Below are positions 57,222-64,000 of a stretch of 64,000 nt of DNA, in pieces (within the stretch, counting starts at the first letter, position 1; each line of letters opens with the position of its first letter). A program made the position numbers and the translations under genes. The notes under the pieces are model-generated. The model did not search any database, had not been told where the DNA came from, and saw nothing but the letters and a program-made list of their open reading frames with translations. The DNA is taken from the NCBI GenBank assembly GCA_021108295.1, contig JAIORF010000005.1, positions 136,531-200,530 on the forward strand, in the 5' to 3' direction. The stretch is from a bacterium (lineage in GTDB: Bacteria; Patescibacteriota; Dojkabacteria; SC72).

Positions 57222-57527
57222 ATGTCTAGATCATCGAAAAAAGGACCATATACAGACGAAAAGTTGATGGAGAAAGTAAGGAAAGCCTTACAGACCGGAG
57301 AGAGAAAGCCAATAAAAACATGGGCTAGACCATCTACAATCACACCAGAAATGGTTGGATTAACAATTGCTGTACACAATGGGAAAACACATACAGAAGT
57401 ATTAATTGGAGAAAGTATGATAGGACACAGACTTGGAGAATTCTCTCCTACGAGAAAATTTAAAGGACATGCTAAAAAAGGTAAATTAGCAAAAGTCTAC
57501 GGAAGCAGTGGAAGATTTGAAGAATAA
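57222..57527 (+). CDS. rpsS: 30S ribosomal protein S19
   Basis: '[13 protein letters not shown]', '[20 protein letters not shown]'. Confidence 0.95.
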   Translation: MSRSSKKGPYTDEKLMEKVRKALQTGERKPIKTWARPSTITPEMVGLTIAVHNGKTHTEVLIGESMIGHRLGEFSPTRKFKGHAKKGKLAKVYGSSGRFEE

Positions 57528-57543
57528 TATAAATATATAAATA

Positions 57544-57885
57544 ATGGAAGCCAAAATAAGTAAAGTAAAAACAAAAAATATTGCACAATCAGCACAAAAG
57601 CTTAGGCTCATTGTTGATCTTGTTAGAGGAAAAAGTGTAGACGAAGCTCTAGATATATTAGAATTTACAAACAAAAAAGGCAGTCTCTTTGTTAAAAAAG
57701 CTATTCTCTCTGGTGTAGCCAATGCAAGAGAACAATATGGAGTTGAAAGTGGGGAATTACAAATTAGAAGTATAACCGTTGATGGGGCACCTGTACTTAA
57801 AAGAGGTAGATTTGCATCAAGAGGAAGACACTCAGTAATACTGAAAAGGAGAGCACATCTTAATTTAGAATTAGAAGTTAAATAA
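57544..57885 (+). CDS. rplV: 50S ribosomal protein L22
   Basis: 'SAQKLRL..DLVRGKSVDEALDIL.F.NKK......K...S..ANA'. Confidence 0.9.
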   Translation: MEAKISKVKTKNIAQSAQKLRLIVDLVRGKSVDEALDILEFTNKKGSLFVKKAILSGVANAREQYGVESGELQIRSITVDGAPVLKRGRFASRGRHSVILKRRAHLNLELEVK

Positions 57886-58532
57886 TGGGAAGAAAAGTCA
57901 ATCCAAACGCAATAAGGATAGGAATAAATAAAACATGGGATTCTACATGGTATGCCAAGAAAGCTGACTATCCAAAAGCTTTGGCACAAGATCTAAAGAT
58001 TAGAAAATTAATAGACGAAAGACTACACGATGCAGGAATTGATGTTATAAAAATCTTCATCTCTGCAAAACAGATAGAAATAGAAGTATACGTTGCAAGG
58101 CCAGGTGTAGCAATCGGAAGAGGAGGAGAAGGTATAGATAAACTACAGAAAGAACTTAGAAGAATATTGCAACAAGAGGTAGAAGTAAAAATCAAAGAAG
58201 TTCCAAAAGCAGACCTTTCTGCAAGAATCATTGCAAGAACAATAGCAGACGGTATTGAAAGACGACAACCATCTAAACTCTTAATGATTAGTGCAAAGGA
58301 AAAAGCTATGATGGCAGGAGCAAAAGGCATAAAGATTTGGATATCAGGAAGAATTAACAAAGCAAGTCAAGCAAGAAGAATTAAAGCTACCGGAGGCTCA
58401 GTACCAGCACAAACACTAAAAGCAGACATAGACTACGCCGAAGAAACAGCAAAAACAACAGACGCAGGACTAATGGGAGTAAAAGTTTGGGTATATACCG
58501 GAGATAAATCAAGTGTACATTCAGAAGAATAA
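57885..58532 (+). CDS. rpsC: 30S ribosomal protein S3
   Basis: 'MGRKVNPNAIRIGINKTWDSTWYA', KH 'I.I.RPG..IGRGG', 'GAKGI...SGR'. Confidence 0.95.
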   Translation: MGRKVNPNAIRIGINKTWDSTWYAKKADYPKALAQDLKIRKLIDERLHDAGIDVIKIFISAKQIEIEVYVARPGVAIGRGGEGIDKLQKELRRILQQEVEVKIKEVPKADLSARIIARTIADGIERRQPSKLLMISAKEKAMMAGAKGIKIWISGRINKASQARRIKATGGSVPAQTLKADIDYAEETAKTTDAGLMGVKVWVYTGDKSSVHSEE

Positions 58533-58552
58533 TTACCTTTTAAATAAATATT

Positions 58553-58969
58553 ATGGCATTACAACCTAGAAAAAGAAAATATAGAAAAGAATTCAGAGGC
58601 AAAATGAGAGGAATTGCTAGTGCAAACAACACCATTGTATTTGGTGACTATGGTATTAAAGCAACAGAAAGTGCTTGGATAAAAGAAAGACAGATTGAAG
58701 CTGCAAGAAGAGCAATTACAGGATCTATTCAAAGGAAAGGGAAGGTATGGATTAAAATATTCCCACACAAACCATATACACAAAAACCAACAAACAGTAA
58801 GATGATTAGCGGTAAAGGAGATGTAGAAGGGTATGTAGCAGTTGTAAGACCAGGAACTATACTCTTTGAAATGGGAGGTGTAACTGAGCAAGAAGCAAAA
58901 GAAGCCCTAAGACTTGCATCTCACAAACTACCTATTAAAACTAAATTTGTAATAAAGAAGGGTATATAA
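58553..58969 (+). CDS. rplP: 50S ribosomal protein L16
   Basis: 'LQP...KYRK..RG...G.A......FGDYG..A.E..WI...QIEAARRA', 'KVWI.IFP.KP.T.KP...RMG.GKG'. Confidence 0.95.
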   Translation: MALQPRKRKYRKEFRGKMRGIASANNTIVFGDYGIKATESAWIKERQIEAARRAITGSIQRKGKVWIKIFPHKPYTQKPTNSKMISGKGDVEGYVAVVRPGTILFEMGGVTEQEAKEALRLASHKLPIKTKFVIKKGI

Positions 58970-59032
58970 GGCTTGAGTAAAGTACTGAATATTGGTAGAA
59001 TACTAGCCGTTATAACATTTAATAAAACATAA

Positions 59033-59275
59033 ATGACAAAAGGAAAAGGAAACAAAAAAGAATTAAAAGGTGTAGTAGTTGGAAACAAAATGCAGGCTAC
59101 TGTTAGAGTTCAAATAAACACTCCATACAGCCACCCTGTATATAAGAAAGTTGTAAATAAAAGAACAGTATTCTTTGCGCATACAGATAAAGAACTAAAT
59201 GTCGGAGACGAAGTAACAATCAGAGAGAGCAAACCGTACTCTAAGAATGTAAAATGGGTAGTAATTAACGAATAA
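59033..59275 (+). CDS. rpsQ: 30S ribosomal protein S17
   Basis: '[16 protein letters not shown]......HP.Y.K.V.....F.AHTD.EL.VGDEV.I.ESKP.SK.K.W'. Confidence 0.9.
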   Translation: MTKGKGNKKELKGVVVGNKMQATVRVQINTPYSHPVYKKVVNKRTVFFAHTDKELNVGDEVTIRESKPYSKNVKWVVINE

Positions 59276-59643
59276 TGGTACAAAGACAGACAATATTAAC
59301 AGTTGCAGATAACAGTGGAGCTAAGACAGCTAAGATCATAGGTATCCCAGGATACTCCAAAAGAAGAACAGCAGGTCTTGGAGATATTGTTAATGTAGCA
59401 GTACAAAAAGCAGCTCCTAATGCTGCACTTAAGCAACACGACGTAGAAAAAGCCGTAATTGTAAGAGTACATAAAGAACATAGAAGAGTAGACGGTACAT
59501 ACATTAGATTTGATGATAATGCAGCAGTAATACTAGACAACAAAAAAGACCCTATAGGTTCAAGAATATTTGGACCAGTAGCAAGAGAATTAAAAGAAAA
59601 AGGATTTGATAAAATAATATCTCTCGCCCCAGAGGTTTTGTAA
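59275..59643 (+). CDS. rplN: 50S ribosomal protein L14
   Basis: '[16 protein letters not shown]....IGI.G...R..A.LGDI.....K.A'. Confidence 0.95.
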   Translation: MVQRQTILTVADNSGAKTAKIIGIPGYSKRRTAGLGDIVNVAVQKAAPNAALKQHDVEKAVIVRVHKEHRRVDGTYIRFDDNAAVILDNKKDPIGSRIFGPVARELKEKGFDKIISLAPEVL

Positions 59644-59659
59644 TTTAATAAATATAAAA

Positions 59660-60157
59660 ATGAAGATCAGAAAAGGAGACACAATTAAAATGCTATACGG
59701 CAAAGACTCTGGAAGACAGGGGACTATAATTGTTGTTGAACCAAAGAAAAACAGGGTACTAGTAGAAGGACTGAATATATATAAAAAGCACCTCAAGGGA
59801 GACGGTAAAACAAAAGTATCCGAGATTGTCACAATTACAAAACCAGTATCAATTTCAAAAGTCATGCTTGTATGTCCACAATGTAATAAGCCGACAAGAG
59901 TAGGATATAAGATAGACGGAGATACAAAAGCTAGAATATGTAAAAAATGTGGTAAACCAGTAGATACTAAGAAAGAAGAGAAGAAGGAAGTAAAGAAGAA
60001 GGCTACTAAGAAGAAAGCAACGACTAAGAAGACAACTGTAAAAAAGAAACCAATAACTAAGAAGACCACGGTTAAGAAAAAAGTGGCAACAAAGAAGAAG
60101 GTTACAAAGAAGAAAACTACAACAAAGAAATCTAAATCAAAGAAAACGGAGAAATAA
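59660..60157 (+). CDS. rplX: 50S ribosomal protein L24 with a CxxC-x17-CxxC zinc-ribbon insertion and a ~60-aa Lys/Thr-rich repetitive C-terminal tail
   Basis: KOW 'KIRKGDTIKMLYGKDSGRQGTII.V..K.NRV.VEG.N', 'CPQCNKPTRVGYKIDGDTKARICKKCGK', tail 'KKKATKKKATTKKTTVKKKPITKKTTVKKKVATKKKVTKKK'. Confidence 0.85.
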   Translation: MKIRKGDTIKMLYGKDSGRQGTIIVVEPKKNRVLVEGLNIYKKHLKGDGKTKVSEIVTITKPVSISKVMLVCPQCNKPTRVGYKIDGDTKARICKKCGKPVDTKKEEKKEVKKKATKKKATTKKTTVKKKPITKKTTVKKKVATKKKVTKKKTTTKKSKSKKTEK

Positions 60158-60705
60158 TGTCAAGATTAAAAGAGGAATATTACAATAAAATAAGAAAAGA
60201 GCTTTTAAAGGAAGGGAAATACCCTAATATAATGGCAGTACCAAACCTAGAGAAGATTGTACTTAATGTCGGTGTAGGTGCAGCAACTACTGATGGTGAT
60301 GCCATTGAAGAGGTAGTTGAAATACTAACCCTCATATCCGGACAAAAACCCCTTATCAACAAAGCTAAAAAAGCAATATCTTCATTCAAAGTCAGAGAAG
60401 GAATGGAAATAGGTGTATCAGTAACACTAAGAGGTGAACGAATGTGGGACTTTTTTGATAAACTTGTAAACGTAGTATTCCCAAGAACAAAAGACTTCAG
60501 AGGACTATCTCCTCAATCTTTTGACGGTGCAGGAAACTACTCCATAGGAATTGAAGACCACACAGTATTCCCAGAAATTGATGTAAATAATACACGAAGA
60601 ATTAGAAGTATGCAGGCAACACTAGTAAACACAGCAAAAGACGACAAATCAGCAAAGATGTTCTTAGATAAATTCGATTTCCCATTCATAAAAGATGTCA
60701 ACTAA
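60157..60705 (+). CDS. rplE: 50S ribosomal protein L5
   Basis: 'LKEEY...I...L.....Y.N.M.VP.LEKIVLN.GVG', 'RG..MW.F.DKL..V..PR..DFRG'. Confidence 0.95.
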   Translation: MSRLKEEYYNKIRKELLKEGKYPNIMAVPNLEKIVLNVGVGAATTDGDAIEEVVEILTLISGQKPLINKAKKAISSFKVREGMEIGVSVTLRGERMWDFFDKLVNVVFPRTKDFRGLSPQSFDGAGNYSIGIEDHTVFPEIDVNNTRRIRSMQATLVNTAKDDKSAKMFLDKFDFPFIKDVN

Positions 60706-60889
60706 AGCAAAGGAATACAAAGCAAGAGCATTAAAGAAAAAGAGCAAATACGCAACTAGGGTGTATAATAGATGCGAGCTATGTGGAAGATCAAGAGCCT
60801 ATCTTAGACACTACGGTATTTGTAGAATTTGTTTTAGGAAATTAGCAAGTATGGGTGAAATCCCAGGTGTTAAGAAATCTATTTGGTAA
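60695..60889 (+). CDS. rpsZ: 30S ribosomal protein S14 type Z (zinc-binding, 61 aa)
   Basis: '[22 protein letters not shown]'. Confidence 0.9.
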   Translation: MSTKAKEYKARALKKKSKYATRVYNRCELCGRSRAYLRHYGICRICFRKLASMGEIPGVKKSIW

Positions 60890-60905
60890 ATTTAAATATA
60901 AAAAT

Positions 60906-61286
60906 ATGAACGATTACATATCAGACCTATTGGCAAGATTACACAACGGAATAATGAGAAAAAGGGAAACAATAACAGTTCCTAACTCAAAAGCTATCAT
61001 AGCAGTCCTAGAAGTTCTTAAACAAGAAGAAATGATTGAAGATTTTCAAAAAGTTGAGGAAATGATAGAAGTAAAACCAATATACGAAGAAGATGGAAAA
61101 CCCTTGGTAGAGCACTTTACTAGAGTAAGTAAACCAGGACAAAGGATGTATGTATCTAGTAAAGAACTGACACCCGTGATGAATGGTAGAGGAATAAATA
61201 TAATATCTACCTCATCTGGAGTGATGACAGGATCTATGGCTAAAAGCAAGAACCTAGGAGGTGAATTAATCTGTAAAGTATGGTAA
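60906..61286 (+). CDS. rpsH: 30S ribosomal protein S8
   Basis: 'DYISDLLARLHNG....E.I.VP.SK....L.VLK.E..I', 'G.GI.I.STS.G.MT', 'N.GGE.IC.VW'. The ORF track starts at 60855, but that N-terminal extension has no S8 homology. ATG at 60906 (MNDYISD) sits a few bases after the rpsZ stop. Confidence 0.9.
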   Translation: MNDYISDLLARLHNGIMRKRETITVPNSKAIIAVLEVLKQEEMIEDFQKVEEMIEVKPIYEEDGKPLVEHFTRVSKPGQRMYVSSKELTPVMNGRGINIISTSSGVMTGSMAKSKNLGGELICKVW

Positions 61287-61289
61287 ACG

Positions 61290-61835
61290 ATGTCTAGAAT
61301 AGGAAACGAACCAATAACAATAGAAGAAGGAGTTACAGTCACAATAAAGGATCGAGTAATTGATGTTAAGGGACCAAAGGGAAAACTTAATATAGAATTA
61401 CCATTCAAACTCACTGCAGAAATAAAGGATAACGAAGTGCTCGTATCGAGAATTGATGAAGAGAAACTTAGCAAATCACTACACGGAACATTTAGAATGC
61501 ATATCGCAAACGCAATAGAAGGAGTAAAAAATGGATATGAGAAGAAATTAGAACTAGTAGGAGTAGGATACAGAGCTAGACTAGAAGGAAAGACATTAGT
61601 AATGACTCTAGGATGGAATCACCCAGTAAAAGTTGAACCATATGAAGGAATTGAAATAGAGGTCCCAGAAGAAACAAAGATTACAATTAAGGGGATTGAC
61701 AAACAACAAGTAGGTGAATTTACTGCAAAAATAAGAGGTATCAGAAAACCAGAACCATACAAAGGAAAAGGAATCAGATACGAAGGAGAATATGTAAAAA
61801 GGAAAAGTTCTAAATCTAGTTTAGGAGTAGCATAA
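61290..61835 (+). CDS. rplF: 50S ribosomal protein L6
   Basis: 'SRIG..PI.I..GV.V.I.....VKGPKG.L', 'G...L.LVGVGYRA'. Confidence 0.95.
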   Translation: MSRIGNEPITIEEGVTVTIKDRVIDVKGPKGKLNIELPFKLTAEIKDNEVLVSRIDEEKLSKSLHGTFRMHIANAIEGVKNGYEKKLELVGVGYRARLEGKTLVMTLGWNHPVKVEPYEGIEIEVPEETKITIKGIDKQQVGEFTAKIRGIRKPEPYKGKGIRYEGEYVKRKSSKSSLGVA

Positions 61836-61836
61836 T

Positions 61837-62160
61837 ATGAAAAAAACAAGTAAACAAAAAAGACAAAGAAGAAAAATGCATATTAGAAAAACTCTAAGTG
61901 GAACAAAGTTGGTACCAAGAGTGTTTGTATTTAAAAGCAATAAATACTTTTACCCAGGACTGGCAAATGATGACGAGAATAAGGTGATAATGAGCAAAAT
62001 ATGTAAAAAGAATGAAAAAGAGATTGTATCTTTAGCAAAAACAATGTCAAAGAAACTCTCTAAATATGACAAATTAGTATTTGATAGAAGTGGATATAAA
62101 TACCACGGACTAATCAAACTCTTTGTAGAAACACTTAGAGAAAATAAAGTTAATATATAG
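61837..62160 (+). CDS. rplR: 50S ribosomal protein L18
   Basis: 'R...IRK...GT...PR..VF.SN......L..D......S', 'V.FDR.GY.YHG.I....E..RE.G'. Confidence 0.85.
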   Translation: MKKTSKQKRQRRKMHIRKTLSGTKLVPRVFVFKSNKYFYPGLANDDENKVIMSKICKKNEKEIVSLAKTMSKKLSKYDKLVFDRSGYKYHGLIKLFVETLRENKVNI

Positions 62161-62169
62161 TAACCAAAA

Positions 62170-62913
62170 ATGCAAAACAGAAACAATAAAAATCGCAGAA
62201 ATCACAGAAGACAACCAAGAGGATATGAGAAAAAGACAGTATCTATCCGAAGAGTTGCTAAAGTAACCAAAGGTGGTAGAAGACTCAGATTTAGTGCAAT
62301 GGTAATAGTAGGAGACAAGAAAGGGAAAGTGGGAATAGGACTTGGAAGAGGAAGTGATACTAGAAGCGCAGTTGAAAAAGGAGAAAGAGTTGCAGTCAAA
62401 GCTATGACACCAATTCAACTAATAGGAGACACAATACCACACGAGATAGAACATAAACATGGATCTGCAAGAGTATTACTTAGACCTGCAAAACAAGGTA
62501 CAGGTATCATTGCAGGATCTTCAGTAAGAGTAGTGTTGGAGCTAGCAGGTATTGAGAATGTATATGGGAAATTACTAGGAAGTAACGACCCTATCTCAAA
62601 TGCATACTGTACTTTTGAAGCACTACAAGAATTAAGAAATGGAAGAGTCCTAAGAAAAATGAGAGTGATGAGAGAAAGAGTTCAGTGGAAGAAAGATGCA
62701 GATGCTGAAAGAAAGACAAAAGAAATTGCAAAAAGAAAAGCAAACAGAAAGAACTACCAAAAGGATAATCGTAAAAAACAGAAGCCTAATAAGAAATTTG
62801 TAACTAAACCAGTAAAGAAGGGAGTTAAGAAAAAGCCTGTAACCAAGCCAGTAAAAAAAGAAGTTAAGAAAAAATCCGTAACTAAATCAGTAAAAAAAGA
62901 AGTTAAGAAATAA
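62170..62913 (+). CDS. rpsE: 30S ribosomal protein S5 with a ~80-aa Lys-rich C-terminal extension built from ~33-nt tandem repeats
   Basis: 'V.IRRV.KV.KGGR..RFSA.V.VGD..G.VG.G.G......A..K', 'G.GIIAG...R.VLE.AGI.N.'. Tail 'VTKPVKKGVKKKPVTKPVKKEVKKKSVTKSVKKEVKK'. Confidence 0.9.
   Translation: MQNRNNKNRRNHRRQPRGYEKKTVSIRRVAKVTKGGRRLRFSAMVIVGDKKGKVGIGLGRGSDTRSAVEKGERVAVKAMTPIQLIGDTIPHEIEHKHGSARVLLRPAKQGTGIIAGSSVRVVLELAGIENVYGKLLGSNDPISNAYCTFEALQELRNGRVLRKMRVMRERVQWKKDADAERKTKEIAKRKANRKNYQKDNRKKQKPNKKFVTKPVKKGVKKKPVTKPVKKEVKKKSVTKSVKKEVKK
62800..62913 (+). repeat. Three imperfect ~33-nt tandem repeats encoding VTKPVKK(G/E)VKKK(P/S) units in the S5 tail
   Basis: 'gtaactaaaccagtaaagaagggagttaagaaaaagcct / gtaaccaagccagtaaaaaaagaagttaagaaaaaatcc / gtaactaaatcagtaaaaaaagaagttaagaaa'. 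Confidence 0.7.
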
Positions 62914-62933
62914 TAAGTTAAAGAAATCAAAAT

Positions 62934-63380
62934 ATGTATTTACACACCATACCAAAAAGAAATAAGAGAAGGATGAAAGCAAAAAGAATTGGAAGAGGAA
63001 TTGGCTCTGGAGTAGGAGGCCATACAGTAGGAAGAGGTATGAAAGGACAAAAATCTAGATCTGGACACAAATCCCTTGTTGCCTTCGAAGGAGGTAATAC
63101 ACCATTCTTTAGAAGAATGCCAAAATTAAGTGGATTTAAACCAATAGGCAAGACTGAATATACAGCAGTAAACCTAGATGTAATCCAATCAAACTTTAAA
63201 TCTGGTGAGACTGTAAATATCACAAACCTTAAGGAAAAAGGACTAATTGGGAATAGAATAGAAGATGTAAAAATATTAGGTAGTGGAGAACTAAAGAAAA
63301 AGGTAACCATTGAAGGATTACCAATGTCTAAGAGTGCACAAGAGAAAATCATTGGTGCAGGTGGTACAATCAAGGAATAG
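62934..63380 (+). CDS. rplO: 50S ribosomal protein L15. It follows S5 directly, with no L30 gene between them.
   Basis: 'P.....R.KR.GRGIGSG.G...GRG.KGQK.RSG', 'FEGG..P..RR.PK.GF'. Confidence 0.9.
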   Translation: MYLHTIPKRNKRRMKAKRIGRGIGSGVGGHTVGRGMKGQKSRSGHKSLVAFEGGNTPFFRRMPKLSGFKPIGKTEYTAVNLDVIQSNFKSGETVNITNLKEKGLIGNRIEDVKILGSGELKKKVTIEGLPMSKSAQEKIIGAGGTIKE

Positions 63381-63401
63381 TACTATTTAAAAATATCAAA
63401 T

Positions 63402-64000
63402 ATGTCAAAAATTCTTGAAAAACTCCAGAATATCTGGAAAACAAAAGATATAAGAAAGAAGATACTCTTCTCAATAGGTATTCTCATATTCTACCGTGTA
63501 CTTGCTGCAATACCAGTTGTAGGTATCCCTGCTGATGCGCTTGTTAAACTCTTCGAAGGAAATGACCTAGGAGACCTCTTGAGCACGATATCCGGTGGAG
63601 TCCTTGAAACAGCCTCCATTGTCGCTATCGGACTTGCACCATACATAAATGCATCCATTGTATTCCAACTACTAGGTTCGGTAATTCCTAAGTTAGAAGA
63701 ATTAAGAAAAAGTGGAGCAGATGGTAGGAAGACAATAAGTATGTACACAAGGCTTCTAACGGTACCACTAGCAATATTACAATCATTCGTTATTTACTCT
63801 ACGCTAAGAGGATTTGGACTCATTGAACAACTAGATATCCTCCCACTCATTACAATGTCTATGACGCTGACAGCAGGATCTGTAATAATGATGTGGCTAA
63901 GTGAATTAATATCGGAAGATGGATTAGGTGGAGGCTCCTCATACCTAATATTTCTAGGTATCATATCTGGAATCCCTGGAACTATAAAAAGCAATTTAAT
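63402..64000 (+). CDS. secY: Preprotein translocase SecY, 5' portion (continues beyond the window)
   Basis: Translation from ATG 63402: 'MSKILEKLQNIWKTKDIRKKILFSIGILIFYRVLAAIPVVGI......ISGG.L...SI.AIGL.PYI.ASIVFQLL.....LEEL.K.G..GRK.I..YTR.LT'. It is absent from the ORF track because there is no stop in the window. Confidence 0.85.
   Translation, partial: MSKILEKLQNIWKTKDIRKKILFSIGILIFYRVLAAIPVVGIPADALVKLFEGNDLGDLLSTISGGVLETASIVAIGLAPYINASIVFQLLGSVIPKLEELRKSGADGRKTISMYTRLLTVPLAILQSFVIYSTLRGFGLIEQLDILPLITMSMTLTAGSVIMMWLSELISEDGLGGGSSYLIFLGIISGIPGTIKSNL

Noticed and set aside
60855-60905. Upstream start for rpsH (S8) in the ORF track
   Set aside because: The extension overlaps the end of rpsZ and has no S8 homology. 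ATG at 60906 gives a standard-length S8.
1-64000. Alternative genetic code (UGA=Gly, code 25, or code 4), considered because of the CPR-like features
   Set aside because: Long ORFs (925, 798, 698, 689 aa) are intact under the standard code, and the gene ends inspected use TAA/TAG. There is no sign of in-frame TGA read-through being needed.
1-64000. CRISPR array or cas genes
   Set aside because: No regularly spaced direct repeats and no Cas-like ORFs were seen anywhere in the window.

Overview
This is a gene-dense, AT-rich bacterial chromosome segment read with the standard code (long ORFs are intact, stops are TAA/TAG). I infer a streamlined CPR/Patescibacteria-type organism: there is no L30 (and apparently no L29) in the S10-spc ribosomal operon, AlaRS and IF-2 are domain-truncated, sortase, LCP and MltG are present, and surface proteins are abundant.

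The core content is housekeeping genes.
- glyA' (3' end), dcd, sufS, recF, lepA, rpsT, holA, an LCP-family protein, mltG, ruvX, alaS
- dnaJ, nusA, infB, rpsO, pnp, rsmB, rsmE, uvrD/pcrA
- an RpfB-like G5 + transglycosylase protein and a TPR protein
- fusA, tuf, then rpsJ through rplO and the start of secY

Several accessory regions interrupt this backbone.
1. A type-IV-secretion/conjugation-like module at 4.9-8.7 kb. A PrgI/VirB3-like membrane protein is followed by a VirB4 ATPase that is split into two overlapping ORFs. It sits convergent to a Lon-like AAA+ protein that has no protease domain.
2. A seven-gene, same-strand operon at 36.5-46.3 kb encoding only secreted or membrane proteins. It includes a VirB6/TrbL-like polytopic protein and a 925-aa membrane-spanning protein with a C-terminal Cys-rich M23-like peptidase. 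I think this is the most interesting candidate for an undescribed envelope-spanning or host-contact apparatus.
3. A sortase with a candidate IPQTG-sorted surface protein, plus several other large surface proteins and an orphan solute-binding protein.
4. A single-gene HUH (IS200/RAYT-like) transposase bracketed by perfect 25-bp inverted repeats, with a degenerate solo copy of the repeat in the fusA-tuf spacer.
5. A PD-(D/E)xK Hjc-like protein plus a DUF1801 protein forming a two-gene islet after the pnp terminator.

Three further oddities: ribosomal proteins L24 and S5 carry Lys-rich repetitive tails and L24 carries a CxxC...CxxC zinc ribbon; EF-Tu has an atypical switch-I sequence; and a 400-bp ORF-free spacer lies between fusA and tuf.

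All homology calls are from reading the translations against remembered family signatures. No database search was run.
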